In this document: positions 10,090-20,751 of the stretch, piece after piece
How the letters are laid out: every line of letters starts with the position of its first letter
How positions within the stretch are numbered: position 1 is the first letter of the stretch
From: Taibaiella helva
Lineage (GTDB): Bacteria > Bacteroidota > Bacteroidia > Chitinophagales > Chitinophagaceae
DNA length: 60,615 nucleotides
Direction of reading: 5' to 3'
Assembly (NCBI GenBank): GCA_040392805.1
Contig: JBEBVI010000001.1
Coordinates: 1 to 60,615 of the forward strand
Notes under the pieces: generated by a model
What the model saw: the letters and a program-made list of their open reading frames with translations, nothing else
Databases searched by the model: none
Told to the model about the DNA's origin: nothing
Program-made: the position numbers and the translations under genes

Positions 10090-11007
10090 TTATTTGATCA
10101 CCGCTTCTCTTATATTAAGCGGAACACGCAAAGGGATAAGCCGGGATTTATAAAAAATAAGCTGCCCTCTTTCGGAGCAAAGAAAATTAGCGAAGCCCGC
10201 CGCAAGTCCCTGTCCCCGGTCCTTTGTAATAAAATACATATTGCGGGTCAGCGGATATTGTTTAAGTGCAATATATGCCTGGTAAGGTTCGTAAAACTCG
10301 CCGGTAGAATCATTTTTTAAAGCTACCACTCGTATATCTTTCCGGAAAGAGCCTGCGCCATCCATCGCCTCCTGGTCGTACACATAGCTAACGCCGACAA
10401 TACCTATGGCATCTTTATGCTGCGCTACATAGCTGATCACGGAATCATTACTTTTTACGGCATAGGTTTTTGAAGACAGGTTTTGCCCGGGAATCAGGGA
10501 ATCCATTACATAGCGTATGGTACCGGACTGGCCGTTATCAAATACAACCTGGTAAGAGCGGATAAACTGATCTTTAAGTATGGACTGCAATTGCCCCAAT
10601 GTCATAAAGGTATCGGCAGAACCGGGATGCACAATTACTGCGATGGCATCAACAGCTACGGGTAAAGAGCGGTAATAAATACCATTGGCCAGGTAAACTT
10701 TCTTTTCGTCCTCATTGAAATCGCGGGAAACCAGTATTAACCGGGCATTATCATTATAAAGATCTTCAAAGCATTCTTTTTCTGATTTATACAGTGTATT
10801 AATGTTTGCATCTGGAAAAGAGGAATCAAATACTTTGATCTGCTGTTCTGCAACCGGGCGGTAACTTTCATCTACTGAAATAGTAATATTCCCCCGGGTT
10901 GTCGTTTCAACATCTTTTTTGGGCGACTTATTTTCCCCGCAAGCCACTATGTAAAACGCAGATACAAGAAGCACAGCTCCCGGCAAAAAGTACTTAATAA
11001 ACCGCAT
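10090..11007 (-). CDS. PstS-like substrate-binding lipoprotein
   Basis: Lipobox IVAC; ISVDES, A.DAIAVIVHP, SGT, AIG..G and YPLTR motifs of the PBP-like family. Confidence 0.8.
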   Translation of the reverse strand: MRFIKYFLPGAVLLVSAFYIVACGENKSPKKDVETTTRGNITISVDESYRPVAEQQIKVFDSSFPDANINTLYKSEKECFEDLYNDNARLILVSRDFNEDEKKVYLANGIYYRSLPVAVDAIAVIVHPGSADTFMTLGQLQSILKDQFIRSYQVVFDNGQSGTIRYVMDSLIPGQNLSSKTYAVKSNDSVISYVAQHKDAIGIVGVSYVYDQEAMDGAGSFRKDIRVVALKNDSTGEFYEPYQAYIALKQYPLTRNMYFITKDRGQGLAAGFANFLCSERGQLIFYKSRLIPLRVPLNIREAVIK

Positions 11008-11173
11008 AGGTGCAATAATACAAGTTATTTGAAAAATTAATAGAGCGACAACTCATTCTGTAACAATAAATTAACATTGAAAATATGTTTCATTGCCGCC
11101 TTCTTCCTGATGCCTCATTCCCGCTTTTCCACATCCTTAGTCCTGCCTTTCGTGTTAAAATTACTGTTAATGT

Positions 11174-11749
11174 TTAGCCGGATTTTATTCCTTTGTGCCG
11201 ATAACAGGAAGTAAGGTGATCGTTGACCATTCCTATTGTCTGCATAAATGCATAACATATGGTGCTTCCTGCAAATTTGAAGCCACGTTTACGCATATCA
11301 GCGCTCATGGCATCCGACTCTACACTGGTAGCAGCAACTTCATGGATAGTGCTGCAATGATTATCAATAGTCTTTCCACCCGTAAACTGCCATACATATG
11401 CTGCAAATGATCCAAATTCTTTTTGTATGGCCGGCAATAACCGTGCATTTGTGATTGCCGCATTTATTTTTTGCCGGTTACGAATAATACCCGCATCCTG
11501 CATCAGCAGGTTTATTTTGCGCTCACTGAACCGGGCCACCCGGGTGTGGTCAAACCCGGCAAAGGCTTTTCTAAAAGCTTCCCGCCTATGTAATATGGTA
11601 CGCCAGCTCAACCCGGCCTGGAAAGCACCCAATACGAGGAATTCAAAAAGTTTATGATCATCAAAAAGGGGAATGCCCCATTCTTCGTCGTGATACCGGA
11701 TCATGAGCGGATCATTTTCCGTAAAGGGACATCTTATTATATGTTGCAT
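11174..11749 (-). CDS. tag: DNA-3-methyladenine glycosylase I
   Basis: RC, YHDEEWG, FQAGLSW, IIRNR.KI and G.VNDH...C motifs; start taken at MQHII. Confidence 0.9.
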   Translation of the reverse strand: MQHIIRCPFTENDPLMIRYHDEEWGIPLFDDHKLFEFLVLGAFQAGLSWRTILHRREAFRKAFAGFDHTRVARFSERKINLLMQDAGIIRNRQKINAAITNARLLPAIQKEFGSFAAYVWQFTGGKTIDNHCSTIHEVAATSVESDAMSADMRKRGFKFAGSTICYAFMQTIGMVNDHLTSCYRHKGIKSG

Positions 11750-11909
11750 AAGATTAAACAGCCATATTCTAACAAGCATTCCCTCTAAAAGTTGGTGCTC
11801 ATGTGAAGTCAAAAGCCAGAAATAACTTTTTCGTCTGTATATACAAGACCTTTCGAACTACAACATCAGGCATGCCCGCTCAACGTCCACCTTCAACTTT
11901 TCTCATTCC

Positions 11910-11970
11910 GCCACGAATACACTAATTTTCACTAATACTTATTATTCGTGTTCATTCGTGTATTCGCGGC
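11910..11970. repeat. Imperfect palindromic intergenic repeat
   Basis: gccacgaatacac ... gtgtattcgcggc arms with internal attcgtg subrepeats. Confidence 0.7.
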
Positions 11971-12080
11971 AATTTCTTTCACCATGGGTGATATATTTTC
12001 ACTCAGAGCATTACACCTTTTTACCCTGTGAAATGCTCCCTATCTAACAAGGTGAATGCAGCGAACAGTATAACTTATTG

Positions 12081-13277
12081 TTATTTTTTCCCGGGGTAAA
12101 CTTTCAACGCCGCTTCCAGGCAATCCATTGCTTTGTGAATAGCCTCTTCGTTCAGCACATAGGCCAAACGTACTTCATCCACGCCCAATCCAGGAGTGGC
12201 ATAGAATCCGCTGGCCGGCGACATCATGACGGTAGCGCCTTCATGTTCAAACGCTTCCAGCAGCCATTGGCAAAAATCTTCACTACTCTTTACGGGCAGT
12301 TTAGCCATAGCATAGAAGGCGCCTCCCGGGTTAGGGCAGGTAACACCATCCATAGCCTGTAGTCTTTTTACTAAAGCATTGCGGCGTGATGCATATTCGT
12401 TCAATACACTGTCGAAGTAATCAGCTGGGAGATCACAAGCCGCTTCGCCGAGTATTTGTTCAAATGTGGGTGGGGACAGGCGTGCCTGTGCAAATTTCAA
12501 TACAGCATTCAGCACGGTCTCGTTATGCGTAACCAATGCCCCGATACGGGCGCCGCAGGCACTATATCTTTTGGAAATCGTATCCAATAAAACCGCATGT
12601 TGCTCTAATCCGTCCAATTGAAGGGCAGAGATATGGGTTTGCCCATCATAGCAGAACTCGCGATAAGCTTCGTCGCTGAACAGGAACAGATCATGCTTAA
12701 GACAAATATCACGCAATACCTCTAATTCGGCGCGACTGTAGAGATAGCCTGTCGGATTATTGGGATTGCAAATTAAGATGGCTTTGGTTTTAGGTGTTAC
12801 CGCTTTTTCAAAAGCTTCAATAGGCGGTAAAGCAAAATTGTTTTCTATAGAAGAATTGATCGGTACTACTTTAATAGCTGCCGATACTGCGAACCCGTTG
12901 TAATTGGCATAAAAAGGCTCTGGTATGATCACTTCATCTCCCGGGTTAAGGCAGCTCATCAGCGCAAAGAGTATAGCTTCGGAACCTCCGGTAGTAACGA
13001 TGATCTCATTAGTATTCACCGAGATGCCCCTTCCGGCATAGTAAGCAGCCAGTTTTTTCCGGTAGCTTTCAAAACCCTGGCTGGGACTGTATTCTAATAC
13101 TTTAAGATGGGCTTTCTGTACAGCTTCCATAATGGAAGGCGGTGTTTCAATATCCGGCTGACCGATATTAAGGTGATACACTTTTAGTCCTTTTTGCTTG
13201 GCTTTATCGGCAAAAGGAGTAAGTTTTCTTATGGGCGAGGGTGGCATCTGCACACCGCGATCTGATATTTTTGGCAT
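12081..13277 (-). CDS. PLP-dependent aminotransferase class I/II
   Basis: LNIGQPD, NPNNPTG, SDEAY and SKRYSACGARIG (PLP lysine) motifs; start taken at MPKIS. Confidence 0.9.
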   Translation of the reverse strand: MPKISDRGVQMPPSPIRKLTPFADKAKQKGLKVYHLNIGQPDIETPPSIMEAVQKAHLKVLEYSPSQGFESYRKKLAAYYAGRGISVNTNEIIVTTGGSEAILFALMSCLNPGDEVIIPEPFYANYNGFAVSAAIKVVPINSSIENNFALPPIEAFEKAVTPKTKAILICNPNNPTGYLYSRAELEVLRDICLKHDLFLFSDEAYREFCYDGQTHISALQLDGLEQHAVLLDTISKRYSACGARIGALVTHNETVLNAVLKFAQARLSPPTFEQILGEAACDLPADYFDSVLNEYASRRNALVKRLQAMDGVTCPNPGGAFYAMAKLPVKSSEDFCQWLLEAFEHEGATVMMSPASGFYATPGLGVDEVRLAYVLNEEAIHKAMDCLEAALKVYPGKK

Positions 13278-13281
13278 GGCG

Positions 13282-13289
13282 CAAAAGTA
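13282..13289 (-). promoter_or_regulatory. Bacteroidota -7 promoter element for the aminotransferase
   Basis: TACTTTTG on the minus strand matches TAnnTTTG and ends 4 nt before the ATG. Confidence 0.65.
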
Positions 13290-13339
13290 GGTATTTTGCA
13301 CCTAATTTTCGTAGAGGCAAGTACGCTATACAAATTAAG

Positions 13340-13372
13340 AAAGGGCTGTCCGAAATTGTAGGACAGCCCTTT
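13340..13372 (-). terminator. Intrinsic terminator after the SBBP-repeat cargo gene
   Basis: aaagggctgtcc...ggacagcccttt perfect 12-bp stem. Confidence 0.8.
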
Positions 13373-13400
13373 GGACATGTTATTGTTTTTGTACTAATAA

Positions 13401-15509
13401 TTACTGTTTTACCACTTTTTCTACACGAATCAGCCTGCCTGTTTTATCTGAGATATGCAAAAAATAAACGCCATTGGCAAATTGCTCTACCGATAATTGA
13501 TTGGCATCTTTTTGTGACTGAACCATTCTGCCTTCAATGCTATATAAATGTAAATCTACCGGTACCGGGCTATTGACATATATTTTTTCATTCGCCGGAT
13601 TAGGGAATATATGGATGTATTGCCCTGCTTCAAGATCGTTAATATTTACATTCCTCACTTCATAAATGGCTGAAGTACCCTCGCAACCTGTGCTGTCCGT
13701 AACAGATACCTGATAGTCTGCATTTTCGGTTACCGTATAAGTACTATCTGTGGCTCCGGGAATGGGAACACCATTTTTGATCCATTGGTATGTAGCATAA
13801 GAGCCGGTAACCCCCAGAACAAAGCCATTAGTAGTAATAGCAGGCTCTAACTGAAAGAGAGATAATTCAAGCGTGATCGTGCTGTCACATCCGACAGTAT
13901 TTGGACGTTTTTGCGTGTAAGTGCCACTTTCGGTATATGCTATATCATTTAGGGTATAACTTTTTCCACATTGTGATACGGTAAGGTAAGAGGAAGAGGT
14001 GTCCTTGCAGTTCAATTTCAAAATAAAGCCATCTGTCGCTTTATCAGTAAGGTTAGCAGTATTCGGCCCGGGATCAAAATCAACAGTCTGATTAGAGCCA
14101 AAGTGACCGGAAATATATGAATTTCCTGATTCATCCACGGTCATTGCATCCCCCCAGGTGAAGCCTGGACTTCCCATATTTCTTGACCACATATAATCAC
14201 CTGAAGCCCTATATTTGGCTACGAACAACTGTGCCGAAGTACCGGAACCAACAACTTCTACCGGTGTACCTCCGGGATTAAAATCTACGGTTCCGCCGAA
14301 ATATCCTGTAATATACGGATTCCCTGCCGCATCTAATGCCGTTGATAATCCATAACCTATACCAGTACTTAATATGGGTTTTGCCCATACATATTTACCT
14401 GCGGAATCGTATTTAGCCAAGTAGCTATTGACAAGAGCTTTAGTCGTTGCCTGTACCGTAGAATCCAGAGGGTTAAATCTTATAGTTTGCTGAAAGCGAC
14501 CGGATACATAGGCATTTTCTGCCGCATCTACCGCTACACTATAGCCAAAGTCTGTACCTTTCCCTCCGATATTGATTGCCCATTTATATTTACCGGCTGT
14601 ATCATACTTTGCCAGGAAAGCATCAATTCCACCGTTACTGGGTGTAGTCGTATAGTTTTGAGGGTCAAAAATAGTGTTGCCGGTAAAGTACCCGGTCAGG
14701 AACACATGTGACTCACTGACCGCTACACCATAACCAATACCACCACTACCTTGCCCCATGTTAATAACCCAGGAATAATTTCCGTCCTTATCATACTTGG
14801 CCAGGTAAATATCAAATGAACTATTAGCTCCTGTGATATTGCTTGAGTTAGGGTTGAAATAGGCCGATCCGGAGAAATTCCCGGTAAGGTACACATTCCC
14901 TGAAACATCTACTGCGAGAGATTGTCCATAAGCATTGGTAGTACCGCCCATACTTTTTGCCCATATATAATCCCCGTCGGGAGTATATTTAGCCAGAAAT
15001 ATATTTGCCGCTTCTATACCCTTGCTATCTGCAACTCCTTTAGAAATCAATCTATTAACAGAAGTTCCCGGATTAAAATCAGCAGTATCTGTAAAAGTAC
15101 CTGTAATATATACATTACCCGCCGTATCCACTGCTACATCATTTCCGGTAGCCGATTGTCGCCCCGCGAAACTATGTCCCCATACATACTTCCCTTGTGC
15201 ATCATATTTTACAAGAAATACACTGGTTTGTGGATTGCCGGCCGGATTACCATTGGGCAATACCAATCTAAACAGGGAGCCAACCAGGCTGGGAGCCTTA
15301 CCTGTAGGATCAAAGTTTGCAGAATCTATAAAATTTCCGATCACATACACATTGCCTAAATGATCTACGGCAACGCTATTAGCATAATCAGCTTGTTCTC
15401 CTCCCATACGATGAGCCCATTCAAAGTTCTGGGCTGTAGCCTTTATTCCAATGCCGATAAAACCCAGGGACAAAAGCATAAATTTTAAGGTAGATAATTT
15501 TCCTGTCAT
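13401..15509 (-). CDS. T9SS type A CTD protein with SBBP-type beta-propeller repeats and Ig-like stalk
   Basis: Repeated AVD..GNVY.TG.F...FLAKYD..G.Y.WA units; GCDS.ITL.L; YQW..NG stalk; IFPNP...KVVKQ CTD. Confidence 0.9.
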   Translation of the reverse strand: MTGKLSTLKFMLLSLGFIGIGIKATAQNFEWAHRMGGEQADYANSVAVDHLGNVYVIGNFIDSANFDPTGKAPSLVGSLFRLVLPNGNPAGNPQTSVFLVKYDAQGKYVWGHSFAGRQSATGNDVAVDTAGNVYITGTFTDTADFNPGTSVNRLISKGVADSKGIEAANIFLAKYTPDGDYIWAKSMGGTTNAYGQSLAVDVSGNVYLTGNFSGSAYFNPNSSNITGANSSFDIYLAKYDKDGNYSWVINMGQGSGGIGYGVAVSESHVFLTGYFTGNTIFDPQNYTTTPSNGGIDAFLAKYDTAGKYKWAINIGGKGTDFGYSVAVDAAENAYVSGRFQQTIRFNPLDSTVQATTKALVNSYLAKYDSAGKYVWAKPILSTGIGYGLSTALDAAGNPYITGYFGGTVDFNPGGTPVEVVGSGTSAQLFVAKYRASGDYMWSRNMGSPGFTWGDAMTVDESGNSYISGHFGSNQTVDFDPGPNTANLTDKATDGFILKLNCKDTSSSYLTVSQCGKSYTLNDIAYTESGTYTQKRPNTVGCDSTITLELSLFQLEPAITTNGFVLGVTGSYATYQWIKNGVPIPGATDSTYTVTENADYQVSVTDSTGCEGTSAIYEVRNVNINDLEAGQYIHIFPNPANEKIYVNSPVPVDLHLYSIEGRMVQSQKDANQLSVEQFANGVYFLHISDKTGRLIRVEKVVKQ

Positions 15510-15702
15510 TTTTTTTGTTTTAAGTGTTCATTAAAAGAATAAAACTTCAATACTTTACTTTATTGATGATGTATGGATACTACTAATTAGCAACCTAATT
15601 ATTACTAAGATACCCGGAAATCAGTTGTACACTACAGCTGGCAAAATGCTTAGATTACTGAGCAACAACAAAAACAAAATTCATGAAAACGGGCGGCAAT
15701 TA

Positions 15703-15749
15703 AAACACCACATCTGGTCATTTAAAAAAATGACTACTTATCACTATTT
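15703..15749 (-). promoter_or_regulatory. Candidate response-regulator operator, copy 1
   Basis: 38/47 identity to 18498-18544; contains gtcattt-N4-aaatgac inverted repeat; same spacing to a -7-like xAATTTTG element. Confidence 0.6.
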
Positions 15750-15795
15750 CAGATTGGGGCGCGTTATCAGCTTTGGTAAAATGCCACGGCATAGG

Positions 15796-18345
15796 TTACC
15801 TCATCAAGGTTATATTCCCCCGGTATTCTTCCTGCTGTCCGTTATCCATTACGGCTTCTATAGAGTACAGGTAAACACCTGATGGCTGTTCCTTATTATT
15901 AAATTTTCCATCCCATCCTCTTCCATTTACTTGCGTGGTTTGAAAAACCAATTGCCCCCACTGATTAAATACCTGCATTTTAAAGCGACTTAGACTCTTA
16001 GATAGCAATTGCCTGGGAAAGAAACAATCATTTACACCATCGCCGTTGGGTGTAAAGGCATTAGGAATATCTATAAAGCAATCTTTCCGTATGACAACAG
16101 AATTTGTACCGGAACATCCCCATTCATTATAAAGTGTAAGATTGTATTTACCAGGCGCTTTTACTGTGATCTGAGCAGTAGTATCATTCGTATTCCATTT
16201 ATAACGAAGAATAGCGCCGGGATTTATCGCTTTGTTTTCTAATACTATGGGTACATGTTCAAGACAAAGTGAAGATTCGTTGCCCAGATCTACTACAGGT
16301 AATGGCGCAACTTGTATTACATCTTCAAAGGTGAGATCGGGGCAGACCCGGAAAAAAGCGCTCAGCCGGATATTTTGCAAGCCTGCATGATCATAGCTGT
16401 GTGCTATTTTTTCATTCGGAGCTGTTTTCGCAGTACCATCTCCAAATTCCCAAAAAAGATGTGCGATAGGACCATCTGCAATTGGGGTCAGGCTTACTTC
16501 GGCGCCCACACATATAACAACGTCATCCTTTGAAAAAGAAATGTGCTCCACCGGTGCGTCAACAGTTATCGTCATTTCAATTGAGTCAAAACAAATCCGA
16601 TTCTCGTTATGTCCTGTCAGCAGGAGCTTATATGTTCCGGCCTGCCGGTAATTATGCCCTGCCGGATTTTTTTCGATGCTGCTGGCACCATCACCCCAAA
16701 ACCAGGTATAATGGGTAAATACAGCAGCAGAAGTATTCTTCACCTCCAGGCTGCTGGTTTGACAAATCAGGGTATCCGATAAAAAAGATACCGAAGGGTC
16801 CGGTTTGGGGAAATGAACTTTAAAAGTATCCACATGATCTTCACAAACATCCTTTCGCTGATAGCTCAGCCAGAATACTCCGGTAGTGTTTACTTTTCTC
16901 TGTTTCTCTTTTACACCATCATTCCATATATAATCAACACCATCGGTATGCGTGGCCTGTAAGTGTAATGTATCTGCCGCACATGCTCCGTCCAGCGCCA
17001 GGGTAGAATAGATCCGGGCATTTATATGAGGGAGTACAATAAAAGTATCTGTTATATAATCGGTAATACAGGGCGAGCTTTTTTCGTAACGTACCCAATA
17101 TATTCCGGGCTGGCTAACCTCACGCTCTTTTCCCCTGGTGCCGTCATTCCAGGAAATATTCTGTGCCATGGTATCTTTTACCTGTAACCGCGACAATCCG
17201 TTACATAAGAGCGTATCTGTAAAAGAATGATGAATATGACGTTCTTTAATAATAACAGCCATATTGGGAAGCCCAAGCCTATGCACTGTTCCAGGTAAAA
17301 GGCTGATAGCTTCTTTTTCCAACTGGGCATCTATTCCGGCGGCATTGGGTTTATTAATTATGTTTAAATAGCCTGACTGTTCTGCGTTGCTGGCGGTTGT
17401 ATAAATTTTACCATCCGGGCCTCTCTTAACACTGAAGCACCGGTCCGTTATATGCGTTCTTGATGTTCTTATTTTGGCGCTGTCGCCACTACTCAAATCA
17501 AACTGCTGAAGCGCTTTGCCGTTAGCTGCGTACAATTTTGAACCATCGGGAGAAAAACATACGCCATAATAATCATTAGGTTCATGTAGCTGTGTGGCAT
17601 GGGTTGCTTTCCCCTCTTCGGGGTCAAAATCCATCAGGACGAGCTTGCTGCTGGCAATAATTATCTTTGTCCTGTCCACAGAAACATCCATACAGCCATA
17701 AGTAGCGGGGAGGTCCGTAGCCAGAGGAGATTGCACCGGCTTGGCAGATACGCCATTTACATCAATTCTGTAAGCATTCAACAGGTTTTTCTTATCCGGA
17801 ATCGTCAAAAGCCAGATATCGCAATTATTCCCGCTAACAGCGGTCATATGCTCTCTCTGGTTACTATCCAATAATGTGCCCCTGGTAGCAGGAATAAGAT
17901 CACCTAATCCGTTATCCAGCTCCATATCAATAATACTATAAGACAACCGGCCAAAAAAACCGGATTCAATAGCGCCCAAAGAGAAAATGTAATATTTTTC
18001 CGGCTCCCCGGGCATGGGAACAATTATTGCGCCCTGTGTCGTACTGGCTGTAATGTTTTTTCCTACACCGGCCAGGTCTTTACCATTAGGCATCTGCTTG
18101 TGCGTCCTGTTCCATACAGCATCTCCATCCGTATAAAAAAGCAGCCTTCCTCTTTCATCTGCTATACTGGCACAACCTTCCCTGGTTTCTATACTGGTTT
18201 TAATCGGCTCTGGTTTGCCACTACTAAAGTCAAGACCGGCAAAATTTCCGAATGCCCATACATTTTCATACTGAGCATAGTGTTTAGCTGAGAAAATGCA
18301 GCCGCCCAAAAAAAAGATTAATATAAATGTAAGATTCCGGTTCAT
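15796..18345 (-). CDS. T9SS type B CTD protein with beta-propeller and PKD domains
   Basis: QYENVWAFG start as in the 2178 ORF; WFWGDG and WEFGDG PKD motifs; IPNAFTPNGDGVND...GNITLMR. Confidence 0.9.
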   Translation of the reverse strand: MNRNLTFILIFFLGGCIFSAKHYAQYENVWAFGNFAGLDFSSGKPEPIKTSIETREGCASIADERGRLLFYTDGDAVWNRTHKQMPNGKDLAGVGKNITASTTQGAIIVPMPGEPEKYYIFSLGAIESGFFGRLSYSIIDMELDNGLGDLIPATRGTLLDSNQREHMTAVSGNNCDIWLLTIPDKKNLLNAYRIDVNGVSAKPVQSPLATDLPATYGCMDVSVDRTKIIIASSKLVLMDFDPEEGKATHATQLHEPNDYYGVCFSPDGSKLYAANGKALQQFDLSSGDSAKIRTSRTHITDRCFSVKRGPDGKIYTTASNAEQSGYLNIINKPNAAGIDAQLEKEAISLLPGTVHRLGLPNMAVIIKERHIHHSFTDTLLCNGLSRLQVKDTMAQNISWNDGTRGKEREVSQPGIYWVRYEKSSPCITDYITDTFIVLPHINARIYSTLALDGACAADTLHLQATHTDGVDYIWNDGVKEKQRKVNTTGVFWLSYQRKDVCEDHVDTFKVHFPKPDPSVSFLSDTLICQTSSLEVKNTSAAVFTHYTWFWGDGASSIEKNPAGHNYRQAGTYKLLLTGHNENRICFDSIEMTITVDAPVEHISFSKDDVVICVGAEVSLTPIADGPIAHLFWEFGDGTAKTAPNEKIAHSYDHAGLQNIRLSAFFRVCPDLTFEDVIQVAPLPVVDLGNESSLCLEHVPIVLENKAINPGAILRYKWNTNDTTAQITVKAPGKYNLTLYNEWGCSGTNSVVIRKDCFIDIPNAFTPNGDGVNDCFFPRQLLSKSLSRFKMQVFNQWGQLVFQTTQVNGRGWDGKFNNKEQPSGVYLYSIEAVMDNGQQEEYRGNITLMR

Positions 18346-18497
18346 TGAATTTGTTTCAACACAATATAAACATTGTTACAGACTACTGAGGCCTATTTTG
18401 TATTACATCTATGATAAAAGATAGTTTATATTTCTAAGCAAGGTTACCGGGATGCCGATCCGGTAACTACAAAATTGATATAAATAGTATCCGCTGC

Positions 18498-18544
18498 AAA
18501 CATCACATTTCACTATTTCAGAAAATGACTACTTACCACTATTT
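18498..18544 (-). promoter_or_regulatory. Candidate response-regulator operator, copy 2
   Basis: 38/47 identity to 15703-15749; cactattt/gactactt/cactattt direct subrepeats. Confidence 0.6.
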
Positions 18545-18604
18545 TGGGTACATTTACTTCGTATTTAAGGTTATTTTTCTATATTTATTTGAAAGCAGTA
18601 TAAA

Positions 18605-20608
18605 GTGCAAGACTATATATACAGATTTGTCGTTATTTTTCTTTTTACCTGTACCGTAACCCGTGCACAGGAAAAAATGGAACTGCCTTTACTGAATCAT
18701 GATTATACTTTACCATTAGATAAAAAAGGGATCGATTCTCTTTTAATACTTGCAGACTCTTTAAATCTTAAAGCCCATCTTCCACGGCAATCCCTGTTAT
18801 TAACACAATTTGCACTCGCGTCGGGCAGGCAAACACAGACACAAACGACTATTGCAAAAACACTTCAGATAAGAGGAACCAGCTATTTACTCTTATCTGA
18901 GTATCAGGCTGCACTTAAACATTATAACGAAGCAATAAATATATACAGCAAAGTAGGTAAAGACAAAACCTACCTGCCCTTTCTATATAGCCTGAAAAGT
19001 ATAGCTTATTCTTACCTGGATCATTATGACTCAGCAGCAGCTATAGCTTATCATGCGATCAATATCCTGGAACAAAATAACCTGAATACGAAAGGGACTG
19101 CTATAACGATATATAATAACTTAAGCATTTTCTGGATGAAGATGCGTAATAAGAAAAACGCATTACACTATCTAAGCAAAGTAGAGCAATGGGCAAAGGA
19201 TAGAGGGGATAGCATTGCACTGGTTAAGACAAATACGATAGGCGGGTATATCTATTACCAATCCAATCCAGAGGACGATTCTGCCATTTATTTTTTCCAG
19301 TCCGCAATAGATCTGAGCAAATCTCTTCATAACAGAGATCTGGCTGTGGATGCCATACAGGGAATAGGAACTATATATTACAACCGCGGACTTTATGCCA
19401 AAGCATTAGATTGTTTTAGTGAAGCATTGCTGATGCCCAAGGGCGTGGGAGGAGTAGATGCAGAAATTGGCATTCTGAATAAGATAGGACAGTGTTATTT
19501 CCATCTGAAAGATTATAAAAATGCACGGAAGATGCTCCTTAAAAGTGAACATTTATCCATAACATCCGAGATAAAGAATGAGCTGCCGGAAATATATAAA
19601 ACGCTATCCTATATAAATGATTCATTAGGAAATTATACAGAAGCTTATCGTTACCTGAAGCTTTCTCTGCTTCATGCAGATACTTCCACAGCCTATTCGG
19701 TTCTGGAAACCCAAAAAATCATTAACGAGTTAGAAATAAAATACCAGACCGCACAAAAGGATAAGATACTGGCTCAGCGGCAACTTGATTTACAGCAGCA
19801 AAAAACGGAATTAAAGGAAAAAACGTTTTGGTTTTCTTCTGTCAGTATAGTCTTCCTGCTATTGAGTATATTATTCATTGTAGTCTACAGGAACACCAAG
19901 CAGCGACAAAAGATCCAGCAAAACACAATTAATAACCTGCTGCAGGAACAGGAAATCGGTCAATTAAAAGCCAGGATGGAAGGGGAAAATAAAGAGCGGA
20001 AAAGAATAGCACAGGAACTGCACGACGGTATCTGCAATATGATCAGCGCAGCCCGCATGCACCTTGATAATTCGCTGAAAGAACAGCCTGATAACAATAG
20101 TAAAGAACATGCCAGAGGACTAAGGCTCCTGGACGAAGCTTATGAGGAGCTGAGGCTGACCTCGCACAATATGTTCCCGGAGAAATTATTGAAATACGGG
20201 CTGGAGGAAGCTTTAGAGCAATATTGTAATAAAATAAGTAATCCTCCATCCCTTACGGTATACTACCAGGCATTGGGAAAAAGTAAAGACATTCTTCCCG
20301 AAACAGCCTTGTCCGTTTATCGGATAGTACAGGAAGCGGTACACAACTCGATCAAGCATGGCAAAGCAAACGAGATCATTGTCCAGACTATTTTTGAAGA
20401 ATCGGGCGAAGTTTCTTTAACTATAGAAGACAACGGGAAGGGCCTGAAAAAAAATGATGGAAAAAATACGGAAACCGGCATCGGCATGGATAGTCTGCAA
20501 CAAAGATTGCGCTCATTAGGCGGAACAATAGACATACAAAGCCAGGAGGATATTGGCACTACTATAAATATATCTTTCCGTAGTCAGGCCATACCTTCTC
20601 TACATTAA
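18605..20608 (+). CDS. TPR-sensor histidine kinase (HisKA_3 plus HATPase), locus 1
   Basis: Signal peptide, TPR helices, one TM segment, ERKRIAQELHDG, QEAVHNSIKH, EDNGKG, GIGM. Confidence 0.9.
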   Translation: MQDYIYRFVVIFLFTCTVTRAQEKMELPLLNHDYTLPLDKKGIDSLLILADSLNLKAHLPRQSLLLTQFALASGRQTQTQTTIAKTLQIRGTSYLLLSEYQAALKHYNEAINIYSKVGKDKTYLPFLYSLKSIAYSYLDHYDSAAAIAYHAINILEQNNLNTKGTAITIYNNLSIFWMKMRNKKNALHYLSKVEQWAKDRGDSIALVKTNTIGGYIYYQSNPEDDSAIYFFQSAIDLSKSLHNRDLAVDAIQGIGTIYYNRGLYAKALDCFSEALLMPKGVGGVDAEIGILNKIGQCYFHLKDYKNARKMLLKSEHLSITSEIKNELPEIYKTLSYINDSLGNYTEAYRYLKLSLLHADTSTAYSVLETQKIINELEIKYQTAQKDKILAQRQLDLQQQKTELKEKTFWFSSVSIVFLLLSILFIVVYRNTKQRQKIQQNTINNLLQEQEIGQLKARMEGENKERKRIAQELHDGICNMISAARMHLDNSLKEQPDNNSKEHARGLRLLDEAYEELRLTSHNMFPEKLLKYGLEEALEQYCNKISNPPSLTVYYQALGKSKDILPETALSVYRIVQEAVHNSIKHGKANEIIVQTIFEESGEVSLTIEDNGKGLKKNDGKNTETGIGMDSLQQRLRSLGGTIDIQSQEDIGTTINISFRSQAIPSLH

Positions 20609-20751
20609 TAAAAAGCTACAAGCTGCCAGGTCTGGCTCTTGCCGATAATATTCTGTTTATTCAGGATAAAGTCAGTCTCAAGATAAAACTCATAGAAGGT
20701 ACTGGTTTGAATCCGTGTTTTTAATATTATTTTTGGAAGCCATAAAGAAGC

